Program-made: the position numbers and the translations under genes
In this document: positions 23,357-36,150 of the stretch, piece by piece
How the letters are laid out: every line of letters starts with the position of its first letter
Numbering within the stretch: position 1 is the first letter of the stretch
The notes under the pieces: generated by a model
Told to the model about the DNA's origin: nothing
Databases searched by the model: none
The model's input: only the letters and a program-made list of their open reading frames with translations
Assembly: GCA_002189035.1 (NCBI GenBank)
Contig: CM007990.1
Location: forward strand, 2,356,001-2,420,000
Direction of reading: 5' to 3'
Source of the DNA: Utricularia gibba
Lineage: Eukaryota > Plantae > Magnoliophyta
Length of the DNA: 64,000 nt

Positions 23357-25995
23357 ATGGCTTCCCACCCAGGAATTCTCACTGAATGGCCATGGGAAGG
23401 CCTTGGGAACTATAAGGTAACCACTGCGTCTTCCTCTTCTTTCCTTTCTTTCTTCTTCTTCTTCTTGGCTTTCGCAGGAAACAAACTCAAAGTTGAAACA
23501 TTTTGGATTCAGTACGCTGTGTTGGCTCCATGGGCAATATACAACACATACTCATGGATGGCGAGCAATGAGAACGAAAGGGATTTCACATTAATCTTCA
23601 TACTGCCTCTCATTCTCTCGAGGTTCGTCCACAACCAGATATGGATCTCCCTGTCTCGTTATCAAACAGCCAAAGGAGCTAAAAGGATAGTTGACAGAGC
23701 CATTGAGTTTGAGCAGGTTGACAGAGAAAAGAACTGGTACAACATTTATAAACTTGTGTCATTGCACATTGCTGCTGTGGTCTGATGATCGAAACATTTT
23801 TATCACTTGTAGGGATGATCAGATCATACTCAACGGCCTCCTCATCTACTTTGTCGCAGGATTTGTCAAAAACTCCAGAAATATGCCTTTCTGGAGGACT
23901 GATGGTCTCCTATGGACCTTTGTGCTTCATACTGGTCCTGTGGAGTTCATTTACTATTGGTTCCACCGGGCCTTACATCATCACTTTCTCTACTCGCGCT
24001 ACCATTCTCATCATCACTCTTCCATTGTCACTGAGCCCATTACCTGTAAAAACACCATTCACAGAGACTCCATTATTCATTCAAGTTTTACCGTTCATTC
24101 ACTCACTATTTACTTGTCTCCTTGTTACAGCTGTCATTCATCCATTTGCTGAGCATATTGTGTACACCGCCATCTTCTCCATACCGTTTCTTACAACCAT
24201 TTACATGGGGAATGCATCGCTCGTCTCAGTAACCATCTATCTAACCTACATTGATTTTATGAACAACATGGGGCACTGCAACTTTGAGCTGATTCCCAAA
24301 AGGCTCTTCTCCTTGTTCCCTGCTCTCAAGTACATTATGTACACGCCTTCGTAAGCATCTTCACCTTTTGAAACACCATCTATTTGAGTGCCGATTCAAA
24401 TGCTTGATTATTTATGCAGGTTTCATTCACTCCACCACACACAATTCCGTACCAACTACTCATTGTTCATGCCTTTGTACGACTATCTCTATGGTACCAC
24501 GGACAAATCATCCGATACATTATATGAAAACTCGCTAGTTAGGCAAGAGGAAGCCCCCAGTGTGGTGCACCTGACTCACCTCACTACCCCAGAATCCATA
24601 TATCATCTCCGCATCGGATTTGCACACTTGGCAGCCAGCCCTCTCAAGTCCAAATGGTATCTGTGGTTGATGTGGCCACTCACCCTTTGGTCGATGCTTA
24701 TCACTTGGATCTACGGTTGCAAGTTGACAACTGAGAGAAATGTATTCCAACACCTGAAACTCCAAACGTGGGCAATTGCTAAATTCAGCATTCAAGTAAG
24801 CTGAACCAACGAATTACTTGCTTGATGGAATAACTTTTTTTTTTCAATTATATAATGTTCTTTCAGTACCGCAAAGCAAGCCAGAGAAAGCTGGTGAATA
24901 GTCTGATAGAGACAAGTATCCTGGAGGCCGATAAAAAGGGTGTCAAAGTAATGACAATGGGTCTGTTGAATCAAGTAAGTGTTAAAGAAAGGACACCTTG
25001 AAACCAAATACGAAATCATCATTTCTAAATGAAGGATTACATCACCTCATGGCAGGAGGAGTGGCTCAACAACCACGGTGAAACTTTCTTGAGGAGGCGT
25101 CCTCATATAGGAGTGAAATTGGTTGATGGGAGTAGTTTGGCAGTTGCAGTTGTGTTAAACAGCATCCCGAAGGAAGCAACTCAAGTTGTCCTTAGGGGCA
25201 AACTGACGAAGGTTGCAAAATCCCTTGCTTTAGCATTATGCCGAGGCGGAATACAGGTATATAACCAATGGACTTGATACCCAATGTTTTGCAACCAAAT
25301 GTCTGAACAGTCCTCAAAACTTCTCACTATGCACTAGGTGTTTACTTTATCCGAGGAGGAGCACAGAGAACTTGAGCAACTACTAAGCAATGAGGCTAAA
25401 AGTGGAAGCAATTTGGTGTTCTTAGGGCACAACGTTCCCAAGATTAAGGTAAACTGAGCATTTCTTCTGGCTTAATTTGGGGCAGTTGAGGCACCAAGGA
25501 TTGAGTAGTAACACAGTTTTTGAAATTACTTCGAGAGGAAACAGACGTGGTTAGTAGGAGAAGGTTTAAGCAAAAAGGAGCAGCTGGAAGCACCGAAAGG
25601 AACAACTTTCATACCCTTCTCATACTTCCCTCCAGAGACGTTGCGCAAGGACTGCTCGTACCCAACAACGCCAGCAATGCTAGTTCCAACACATCTTCAA
25701 AACATCGATTCCTGCGAGGTAAGCAAAAAAGCAACAGTGCAAATTCACTGATTCAACCGAGATACTAATCACAAGCCCTAATATTGTGATATTGAAGAAT
25801 TGGTTACCTAGAAGAGTACTGAGCGCGTGGCGCGTGGCTGGAATAGTGCACGCCATGGAGGAATGGAAGGTGAACGAAGTTGGAAACACCATGTTCGATG
25901 CGGACAAGATCTGGGAAGCTACTCTCCGCCAGGGATTCCGTCCAGTCCCAGAGAAGTACTACAACTGCAACTACGATGTGGGCAAAACCAAGTGA
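23357..25995 (+). CDS. CER1: ECERIFERUM1-type very-long-chain aldehyde decarbonylase (alkane-forming), 634 aa
   Basis: Ten exons: 23357-23416, 23513-23736, 23813-24045, 24131-24350, 24420-24795, 24867-24974, 25056-25256, 25338-25448, 25545-25718, 25798-25995. They total 1905 nt, all introns are GT-AG and the frame is intact. N-terminus MAS.PGILTEWPW..LGNYK, the three His boxes HRALHHH / HSHHH / HSLHH, and the WAX2 C-terminal 'NWLPRRVLSAWRVAG' (CER1-like; lacks the CER3 HACHAGG). Orthology versus CER1-like paralogs untested. Confidence 0.95.
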
Positions 25996-26317
25996 AGGTC
26001 GTTGTTTCTTAAATGACGGCAATTGACTGTGAGATGTTAATTCCAGTTTAAGAAGTTGCAGTGCAGTGCAGCTTCGCCTTCCAGTGTTTTTCAATGCCTC
26101 CCACTATATTATATTATACGACAGTAGAGTATATATAGTCTAATTATCCAATATATATGAGGAGACCTGGTGAGACAGAAGAGTAAACACTTGCGACCAA
26201 GTGGAAAGGAGAGAGGCGGAAGTGGCATTGCCCCCAAACTGCTAAGATATCTCACTATTTCTTTTGCAACTTTCTAAGGATCGTTCTTTTAAAAGAGACA
26301 TTCGAAGACCCAATAGC

Positions 26318-29300
26318 TGTTGGAACTTGAAGCTTCATGAAGGAGTATGACGTCATTAGTTGTCCTTGCAATAATAAGTCCCGTCATTGCAAGAATCGTT
26401 CCATGCAGTCGTGCATCATGGATTTTATTTTTTTTATTTTATCTATTTTACTTTCTTTGTAGTTGGCTATTTAAAGTCCCCCTGGTTATCTAATAAAATT
26501 ACTCTTTCCATTCATCTTTTTCTAACAATTGGTATCAGAGCGATGGGTGACTTAGTGCAACCGGAAATTCCCAAATTTGATGGACATTATGAGCATTGGG
26601 CTATGCTCATGGAGAATTTCTTACGATCTAAGGAATTGTGGGAAGTTATTGAGAAAGGTGTCTCGATGCCAATGGAAGGAGCTGTGTTGACAGATGCATA
26701 GAGGAAAGCAGTTCATGAAGTTGTTCTGAAGGATATTAAGGGGAAGAATTATCTCTTTCAAGCTCTTGATCGGTCAACTCTTAATACCATACTTGATAAG
26801 AGTTCGGGAAAGGCCATATGGGATGCGATGAGGAGGAAATTTTCAGGAAATATGTGTGTAAAGTGTTCATTCCTAGAAGCTTTACGTAGGGATTTTGAGA
26901 ATCTGGTCATGAAAAATGATGAGACCATCATGGAATTCTTTGGTCGGGTACTGACCATTGTTGGAAGTATGCGAAACTATGGAGAGAATCTTACTGACAC
27001 CACCATCGTTCTTAAAATCTTAAGGTCCCTTCCGGAGAGATACAATTATATTGTATGCTCAATAGAAGAGGCCCAAGATATTGAGAATCTTTCCATCTAT
27101 GAGCTGTAGAGATCTCTCATTGTTCATGAGCAAAAATTCAGCAAGCTTATCATACATGAAGATCAGGCATTGGTTGCAGGTTCCTCCCGAGGAAAAGGAC
27201 GATCTTCATTTCGAGGTCGAGGGCAACTAAATGTGAACAAAGAAACTGTGGAGTGTTACCAGTCACAAATTGGGACACTATAGATTTGAGTGTCCTGATT
27301 ACAAGGAAGTTAATTTTTTTGAAAGTAAGAAAAAGGAGGACATTTTATTGATAACCTATAGTGAGGTCAGTGCTGTAGTTGGAAAACCAGATGTTTTGTT
27401 TTTGGACTCTAGATGTTCAAATCACATGAGTGGACGAAGGGATCTTTTCAGCAATCTGGATGAAAAATTCAAACATTCAGTAAGGCTCGAAGATGGATCA
27501 TGGCTAATGAGGATGGGAAAAGACAATGTAAAATTAATATTTGATGGGCACAAGTATACCTTCTCTGATGTCTACTATAAACCAGATCTCAAGAATAATT
27601 TATTTAGTCTGGGACAGCTCCAGGAGAAGGGAGTCAGCATATTAATTGGCAACAACACATGTAAGCTGTTTCATTCCACTAAGGGTTTGATTTTGCAGAC
27701 CGATATGAGTTCGAATCGTATGTTCATGCTTGTTCTTGAACAACAAAATGAGACTAAGGAAGAAGAAAGCAATATGGTTTCAAGCGAACTATGGCACAGG
27801 CGACTCGGGCATATAAGTTATCTAGGATTGGAAACACTTAGCAGAATGGAGTTGGTTGTTGGTCTACCAAAAATTCAGAGATCAAAGAATTTATGCGAGA
27901 CTTGTATGGTGGGAACATCCAAGAAAAATCCAATTCCTCATGTTAGTCACTAGAGGGCCAACGAGACACTAGAATTAGTGCATTCGGTTTTATGTGGACC
28001 AATTACTCTTACATCTAGGAGTAAGAAGAGGTACTTTATGTTGTTTATTGATGATTTTACGAGAAAAACATGGATTTACTTCCCGACAGAAAAGATGGAG
28101 GCCTTTGACTTATTCCAAGAATTTAAGGTGAAAGTTGAGAAAGAAACTGGAAAATGGATCAAGACATTTCGTACAGACAGAGAAGGTGAATCCACATCAA
28201 ATATTTTCAATGAAATGTGCAAAAAGGAAGGGTTGATGAGACATCTTACTGCACCAAGGACACCACATCAAAACAGTGTGGTCGAAAGGAAAAATAGGAT
28301 AGTGGCAAATATGATTCATTGCTTTCTTGCTTGGGTAGGAATGCCAAAAGATTTCTGGGTAGAAGCTGCAAACTGGAGTGTATATATTCTCAATCGATGT
28401 CCCGCCAAGGCTCTGGAGAATAAAACTCCAGAAGAAGCATGGCCAGGCAAAAAATGAGTGTCTCTCATCTACGAACTTTCGGATGTGTGGCTCATGTGCA
28501 TATCCCGGAAGGTAGTAGAAAGAAATTAGATGATTGCAACCATACTTGTGTCATGCTTGGAGTAAGTGACGAATCCAAGGCCTATCGTCTTTATGATCCG
28601 GTGAGCAATAAAATTGTGGTGAGCAAAGATGTTATTTTTTATGAGAGCAAATCATGGGTTGGAACATAAATATGAGTTTGGATGTTTTTGAGGTTGAGGG
28701 ATTAAATATTGATTATTCTGATTTTGAAATGAATGATATCTTTGGAGAAATTGAGGAAATGTTGACCAATGGTGTTGACAACTTGGAAGCAAATCATGAT
28801 GATCATGGATTGGAGGATAATGGCACTGATCCAATACATGCTGACGAGGGAAGTACCTTAGAAAATCCATAGCTAGGCACCTCAGAAAATTCACAGCTTA
28901 ACTCTCCAATTACTATACAATGGCGAGAAACGAGAATGCCGAGATGGTTGCAGGACTACGTCGTCGGTGATAATTTGGATAACGACAATGGTTCTTTTCT
29001 CATTCTGATGGAAGATTTTATCACTGAAGATTTCACGGAAAATGAGGAGGTAAGAATAATGTCCTTATTTGCTGATCATCTTCATCTTGTTAACACCTCA
29101 GGAAACGATCCGGCATCATACGAGCAAGCTGAAAAATTTTCTCATTGACGAATAGTCATGTCTGCAAAAATGGCCTCTATAGAGAGAAATGGAACCTGGT
29201 CGTTGACCACACTACCGAAGGGTGCAAAGGCCATTGGGCTGAAATGGGTCTTCATAACCAAATATGATGAGCTTGGGAATGTGGATAATTATAAAGACAG

Positions 29301-30931
29301 ATTAGTGGCAAAGGGGTACGCTCAAGAACATGGTATCGATTATGATGAAGTTTTTGCACCAGTAGCAAGAATGGATACAGTAAGGATGATCATGGCCGTG
29401 GCGGCAATGCAGAAGTGGAAAGTGTTCCAATTTGATGTAAAATCTGCATTCTTACATGGAGAATTGGAAGAGGAGGTATATGTTGAGCCATTAAAGGGCT
29501 TTGAAAAGGACATTAAGTCGGTTTACAAATCACATAAAGCTTTATATGGGTCAAAGCAAGCTCCGAGAGATTGGTTTAATAGATTGGAAAAATACTTTAT
29601 GCAGACAGGATTAACAAGAGAACATGGGGAACCATCTCTGTTCATCAAACATGAAAAAACCATGGAATTGATTCTAATTGTCAACATTTATGTGGATGAT
29701 TTATTGTTTACAGGAAGTGATGAAAAGCTGATTCATGCTTTCAAACAATCCATGGTTCAAGAATTTGAAATGACTGATCTTGGATTAATGAAGTATTTCT
29801 TGGGTTTGGAAGTTACGCAAACTGAAGAAGGAATTTATCTACACCAAGGGAAATATGCGAGAGATTTTTTGGCAAAATTTGAGATGACCAACTGCAAACC
29901 ATTGAAGACTCCTTCGGCCACTAATGAGCATGTAAAGATTTGTATGGCTCATGTGCTGATCCCTTGACTTACTGGAAGATGATTGGTGGTTTGATGCATC
30001 TAGCCACTACCCATCTGGATTTAGTATATGTTGTGGCTCTAGCAAGTTGATGTATGACATCTCCAAGAGAGAGCCATGTGCAACTTGTGAAAAGGATAAT
30101 GAGATATGTCTAAGGGACAAAGAATTATGGTTTATTTTTTGGCCCCTCTCAAAATCTTGATCTGAGTGTTTTTAGTGACAGTGATTATGCAAGAGATCCA
30201 GATGATTGGAAAAGTACCTCAGGATATGTGTTTATGATAAATGGATCTAGTGTTGCATGGAGCTCAAGGAAAAAGGCAATAGTCACACTGTCCACTACAG
30301 AAGCCGAATTTGTAGCAGCCATCTCAAGTGCTTGTCAAGGAATCTGGGTGCTCAGAATTTTACAAAGCTTGAGAGTAACACCAAAGGAACCGCTGATTAT
30401 TCAGGTTGATAATATTTCTACAATCAAGTTGTCCAAGAATGCAGTGTTACATGGGAAAAGCAAACACATAGATGTAAGGTTTCATTTTCTAAGAAATCTT
30501 CACAAGGAAGGGAAGGTGCAACTGGTTTACTATAAATCAGAGGATCAGATCGCAGATATGATGACAAGCCATTACCCTCGGATGCTTTCTTGAAGTTGCG
30601 CCCCTTGTTAGGTTTAAAGGAAGTTCCTTTAGTCTGAAAAACTTAGGTATTTTCAGACTAGGGGAAGGTTTGTTGGAACTTGGAGCTTCATGAAGGAGTA
30701 TGACGTCATTAGTTATCCTTGCAAGAATAAGTCCAGTCATTGCAAGAACTAGACCAAAGGTTGAATGAGTGGGTTGTGCTTTTACCGCATGAGGAATCGT
30801 TCCATGCAGTCATGCATCATGGACTTTTTTTCTTTTATTTTATCTATTTTACTTTCCTTGTAGTAGGTTATTTAAAGCCCCCTCCCTGATTATCTAATAA
30901 AATTACTCCTTCCATTCAGCTTTTTCTAACA
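26318..30931 (+). mobile_element. Complete but inactivated Ty1/copia retrotransposon (4614 bp, short LTRs; Ivana/Oryco-like, clade tentative)
   Basis: 5' LTR 26318-26527 and 3' LTR 30671-30931, both TG...CA. Exact TSD ATAGC (26313-26317, 30932-30936). PBS TGGTATCAGAGC (tRNA-iMet) at 26530-26541; PPT gactaggggaagg at about 30656-30668. Gag 'QPEIPKFDGHYEHWAMLMENFLRSKELW', protease 'FLDSRCSNHM', GAG-pre-integrase 'LWHRRLGH', integrase 'IDDFTR...TDREGE...VERKNR', RT 'YVDDLL', RNase H 'AEFVA...KHIDVRFHF'. Multiple stops and frameshifts. Confidence 0.96.
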
Positions 30932-31714
30932 ATAGCATCATCCTGAATCATTGCTATTTTATTTGTTTTGCTAAGTTCTGTTACTGGATCACCGTGTAGG
31001 CCGAAGAAAGAAAATCTTCATTGCTAGGAAACACAATTTCAATGACTTAGCTACTCCACACCAAACTGAGGTAAATCGATCTTGTACTAGATTTCAAACC
31101 AAGCGATATAATAACTTAGTCCTTGTTTTGATATGTAGATATAAGGTTGGTTTATAATAAATTTAATAAAACTATTTTATTTGATATGTAGATATAATTA
31201 AACTAACTTGATATAAGTATACTCATATGTTACCCTCATGTATATGTATATGTATAATTAAATGAGGGAAGTATCGGTATTTTTATACCTCTCATTCAAA
31301 TAACATTTGTATCCTTATTTTTAATTATCTAATTATATTTAACCATTTTCATTAATTGATTTTTGTTGTATTTGATTATCTTATCCACTCAATTTTAAAT
31401 GAAGGATCATTAAATCGAGATTCTTTATTGTATTGTTATTATAAAAGGGATAAGCTAAGTTTTTATAAGTAGATTCTTCATCCGATTGTTTTATATGCAT
31501 ACATAATTTTATTATGAACATTCTTTTTTGTATTATAGTGAAGAATGAATAACAAGGATAAAATAGTGGTCAATGCTGTTATTTGTGTTGTTGTAGAGCA
31601 TTTATGCATTTTGAATTTTCTACTTTGGTAGCATTGTTATTGTGGGGATTTTCAACCAAATTGAAGTACTCTGTAAAAGAAAATTTTCAAAACAAAGCAA
31701 GTATTTAAGTACTC

Positions 31715-32856
31715 TAATAAGTGATTTTATGTTGTTTCAAAACATATTTTTCTATTACTCTTGAGTGTTGTTTTTACTTACCTTAGACTCCAATTTCTCA
31801 TTATTTTTAATTGATTTTGCATCTTTCACACTGCTTTAATCTTTTTGGAAAAAAATGTGTTTTGTGGATTTTAGGGTATTCTTGGATCAATTTAGGGAAA
31901 AATCAAGACCCATCAAATTATGGACTTGATGATGAAGATTTGGTTCAAGATTCGTTGATAAGATAAAGATTTGAAGATAATTTTGGAAGATTTGGATAAA
32001 AGATTTGAATAGAAGATTTTATTCAAATATATCAAGAAGGCTCAATACAAGGACTTGAATTTACTCTCCTATAAATATCCTACTCTCTCAACCATTAGAG
32101 ACGTCTTTTGACCACCTTTCCCTTGTACTTTCGCTTGTTTTCATGTTTATTTTCATGTTAGAGTCATTTTTTAGGGTTTAGAGTCGGGTCCAACATGTTT
32201 TGGATGTTTTTCGTTTCATTTTTTAGAGTTGAACATGCACGCGTGACCACTTGTGGCTAAGGATCTACGGTGAAACCTTACTATGTTTTTCAGCATTTAA
32301 TTTGAGGTTTGATTCTGTTTTTCATAACGTTTTCTTTTCCAACATTATCTATAATACCATATAACCCTAAGAAAGTGTGGAAGAATCAAAGGTTGCCCTG
32401 AAGCACCTAAAGAAAAGGGCTCAATCAGACATTTTTGGTAAGACATATTTTGTATAATCTATCTACGAGGTGAGAGGTATAGGGGTTAGATTTGGATGTG
32501 GGGAAAACATGGATTATCACAAGAGGTGAAATGGCTTTGGTGGCATGATTGATTTTATAATCTCACATAATAAGGGACGGTGCTATAACGGTCACTGAGT
32601 AGCATTATTTTAGCATAATACCCTAAAGCTTGCGCAAACAGGTTAGTATTCAAGATTTACACACACAAGGACGACTTTTAAACAAAGTAGATCTTAAATC
32701 CAATGCCACTTTTCTTGTTATTTTTAAAATCAAAGCTTTTCTTTGGGTTCAGTCTTTTTAATTCTTTGTTCAAAAAGAAAATTCTAATAACTTCCTATGG
32801 ATAAGATCTTGTTTTATTACTTCAATGTTTTCTTTGCACTTGCAAAATTACCATTA
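31715..32856 (+). mobile_element. Solo LTR (family 3, copy E), 1142 bp, with decayed termini
   Basis: Colinear with 59975-61123. Termini TAATA...CCATTA. Exact TSD TACTC at 31710-31714 and 32857-32861. Confidence 0.88.
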
Positions 32857-33173
32857 TACTCATATTTATTATGTGAATAATTTTACTTTGAAAAATTTGA
32901 GAACAAGTGATTTTTTTGGGTGGCTATGTTTTTACAAGCTTACTCAAGATTGAAAGCTTCAAGATACATGACAATTAATTAATGTAATATGATAATTGTA
33001 ATGGAAGATAGTAGAAAAAAGAATATTGATGATCATATAATATTCAAAGAAATCTGAAAATTGAAATATCATTTTCTGAAGATAAAAAAAGTTAATAGTG
33101 CATAATAACACATATTTTGAGTGATTGAGTAAATGAAAAAGATTCATATTGTGCTACAAAAATTATGTTTTAT

Positions 33174-33984
33174 TGCTTAGTTCCATATTTTTGCATATAG
33201 TACCGTAGTTGTATTATTTTAGTCTTAGTATCGTAGATTTAGTCCCAACCTTCTAATAGTTTTCTTTGAGCAATGCAGCACAGGTTGCAACACAAATCCC
33301 AAAGAGCCGGATATTTACAGTGTAGTGGCAGAGGATAAGATAGAAGTCTGAAAAGGAGTACACATAAAATCAAAGGAAAGAAAAAGTAGGATTTTGGACA
33401 AAAAAGGGAACAAGATGGAGAGAGAAAAAGATCTCCCCATTGGAGACACACGATAAATTCTTTTTGGAGAAGGTTTTTTGGGGAGGAAGAAGAAGGAAGA
33501 CGAACCAGGAACGAAGCTAATGCGTCAAGATTATTTTCTGTTTCCCAAAGAATATTACTCTTAGCTAAGAATAGCTAGCGACATTTCCAGTTTTTTCTTA
33601 AATCTTTTAAATTCCTTGTTTGTTTATTTTCTGATATTCGACTGTGAGATTACAATGTGTATGATGTTTTCTTTTGTACTTTCATTTACCTTAAGCATGA
33701 GTGGCTAAGCATTCAGGAGGTGCCTTGGGGTGAAAAGAGGAGATATGTGCTAGTCAGTCTTTAGACCTAATGAACCATAAGTCACGCCACTTCCTTAACA
33801 ATCAAGGATAGATCCAGGAGGGAGAAGTAGTGAAACCCATATAAACAACTCTAATTAGAGGTAGACCAAAGATTAGGAGGAAAACAAGAGTCCGGGTAGA
33901 TCTAGACCTTATGTGTTAAGTATTTGATTTATGTTTTGTGTGAGCGTGTTTAGTGATAAGCATACATCCCCTAGGAGTCTCAAG
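33174..33984 (+). mobile_element. 3'-truncated Athila-type LTR (family 2, copy G)
   Basis: Colinear with 50532-51350 (e.g. 'ttgagcaatgcagcac...aaatcccaaagag', 'atgagtggctaa', 'gtctcaag'). Breaks off at 33984 against an inverted LTR terminus. Start position tentative. Confidence 0.7.
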
Positions 33985-36150
33985 TGATAAACGAAAATTT
34001 CAAGTGTCGTTCCACAATCTAAATAAACAAAACAAAAATTAAAACAGAAGATACAATTCTAAATACCTCCTTCCACAATCTTCTTCACAAGTGATAAACG
34101 AAAATTCCAAGTGTCATTGCAAAAATAGAAATTTTGTTATCAAATAAATTTATAAGCCCTAATCTACACAAAATACAAATTTGGAAAACTTGTATAGTGG
34201 ATATCGGGGTCGATCACGAAGAGCTTGTGCTTGCTAAGTGTTTCAGTACATGCATAATTTCGGATAACAGTAGGTCTTAGTCTAAGCTCGGACTAACAGT
34301 GGTAAACAAGTTCAGTAAACAAGTTCGGTAAACAAGATCGATAAACAATATCAGGTTTTAACGCTACGGTATCAGGTACTGGTTTTAACTCAGAATAATA
34401 CTAATGTGCCTTAAGGATCTACAAGTGGTGTGGTGCCAAAATTCCTAATTTAATCTACCATGTTCTTACACTCACAACTTCAAATAACCTAAGTCTACCT
34501 AGGTCATTCATCATATTTTCAGCCAAGCTAGTTCTCCATATCATCACCAACCTTGCAATTAGGTCTACCCGCATGCAAAGCATATAGAACTAGGTCTACC
34601 CGGTTCTACGGGTTCTACCCCGGACTAACACCTACCACTCCCGTCTTGATTTGTTGGTTTACCTTTAAATCAAGCATCTAAGTTGTGAAACTACTTGTTC
34701 CCCTCCTTAGGTCTACCCATGGTTTGATAGAAACAATAGTTAATGAACAATGGTCGATCTTATTAAGGCTCCTAGACCCACACCACCATGCTTCACCTTA
34801 AGACACTCCTAGGGTTTAGCTATTCATTCGTTGAAGGTAAAAAGTGATGGCATTAACATAAAACAATGAAAATGTTGAGAACATAGTGTAGAAGTTGGTT
34901 GCAGAAGCTAAAAACATAAACAAACGAAAATAAGCCAGTAAAGTTTCTAGATTCCGTCTGCCACTGTTCACAGGCTGGAACAGTGGCGCTGAACTGGGTC
35001 TTGATCTTCTTCCTTCAAGCTGGAGGTTCTTCTCCAAAAAAATCCCTTTTCTTCCTCCTTCTCCTTTCGTGTTCTTCGTGTTCGAGTTGGGTTGGGGGAG
35101 AAACCCCCTCGTGTCTGTTCTCTCTGAAAATTCTGGGGTGAACTTTTTTCTTTTCTTTGCGACTCTCTCTCCTCATCTTTCTCTTGCCTCCCACTATCCA
35201 AGGCAAGTACATTCTCTGACAGATCTGCTGCTCTAGGCCCTAACTTGCAGGTTGTCGCCGTGACAGTGTTTTCATTGTCACTAAAAATTACACTAATTAC
35301 ACTAAAAATCACATTTTCCTAAATTACATGAAAACACTTAAAACTATAAAATAAACATTTAAACATAATTAAAAATTTATAATTTTGCATATCCTAAAAC
35401 ATGAAAATTTGTGTGGTATCAACAAGCAACTCATGTTTAGGAGTAGAGGAATCAAGAAAGTAATCTAATTTCACAGGATTACTTGGAATTAATTCAACAA
35501 CCTTAAATCTTTGTATCAGAGAGAGTTAAAGAGATGTGTCTCTAATGATATCCCTGCTGATTTTTACTTCTCAATCTTCGCTAGCTCCACATCAGTTGTT
35601 TGTAGTATCTTTACGAAAAACCCCTTAATTCTGCAATACTTTCTGCATGCATCGCTTCAATCTCTGAATGAAAATCAATAGGTTCATTAATCTTTTGTCT
35701 CTTCTGTTTCATTTGATTTTGCACCTTCTTAGACTCTATTTCTTTGTTATTGATTTCGGGTATGTGGTCCATTGTATCTGATCCATCAGATTCTAGTGAA
35801 TTTGCTGAATCTACAAAGAAGGGTTGAGTTGGAGTACCACCATCATATGGAGTTTAGACTGTATACTTTAGGAATATGATTGCTTCATCAATTTCAAGTA
35901 AAGTTTAACTACATCCAACAACAGGCCCTTCTCTCTTCTTTTATTTTTGGACTAGCTTATTCATAATTCATAGATCCCTTTCTTTTTGCTCTGTCATTTC
36001 CAAAAATCGCAATCCAGTCATAGTAATCAACTAAGATTTGTATCGTAAATCATACAACTTAAACATTGCTAAAAAAAATAGATATTTCATAACCAAAAAC
36101 ACTCCCTTCATTAAATAAAAAAAGAGAAAAAGATAGTCTTCTTGTAGCTC
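33985..36150 (-). mobile_element. Athila-like relic: 27-bp LTR terminus fused to internal sequence, hosting solo LTR D
   Basis: 33985-34011 repeats the LTR end tgataaacgaaaatttcaagtgtcgtt. The flanks of D (34012-34091 and 35422 onward) are continuous through the TSD and carry decayed coding-like minus-strand sequence ('ESKKVQNQMKQKRQKINEPIDFHSEIE'). Right boundary approximate. Confidence 0.45.
34092..35421 (-). mobile_element. Athila-type solo LTR (family 1, copy D), 1330 bp
   Basis: Termini TGATA...TATCA with exact TSD ACAAG at 34087-34091 and 35422-35426. Confidence 0.93.

Noticed and set aside
26174-26190. GACAGAAGAG, similar to miR156
   Set aside because: Only a 10-nt match, and no complementary star arm or hairpin nearby.
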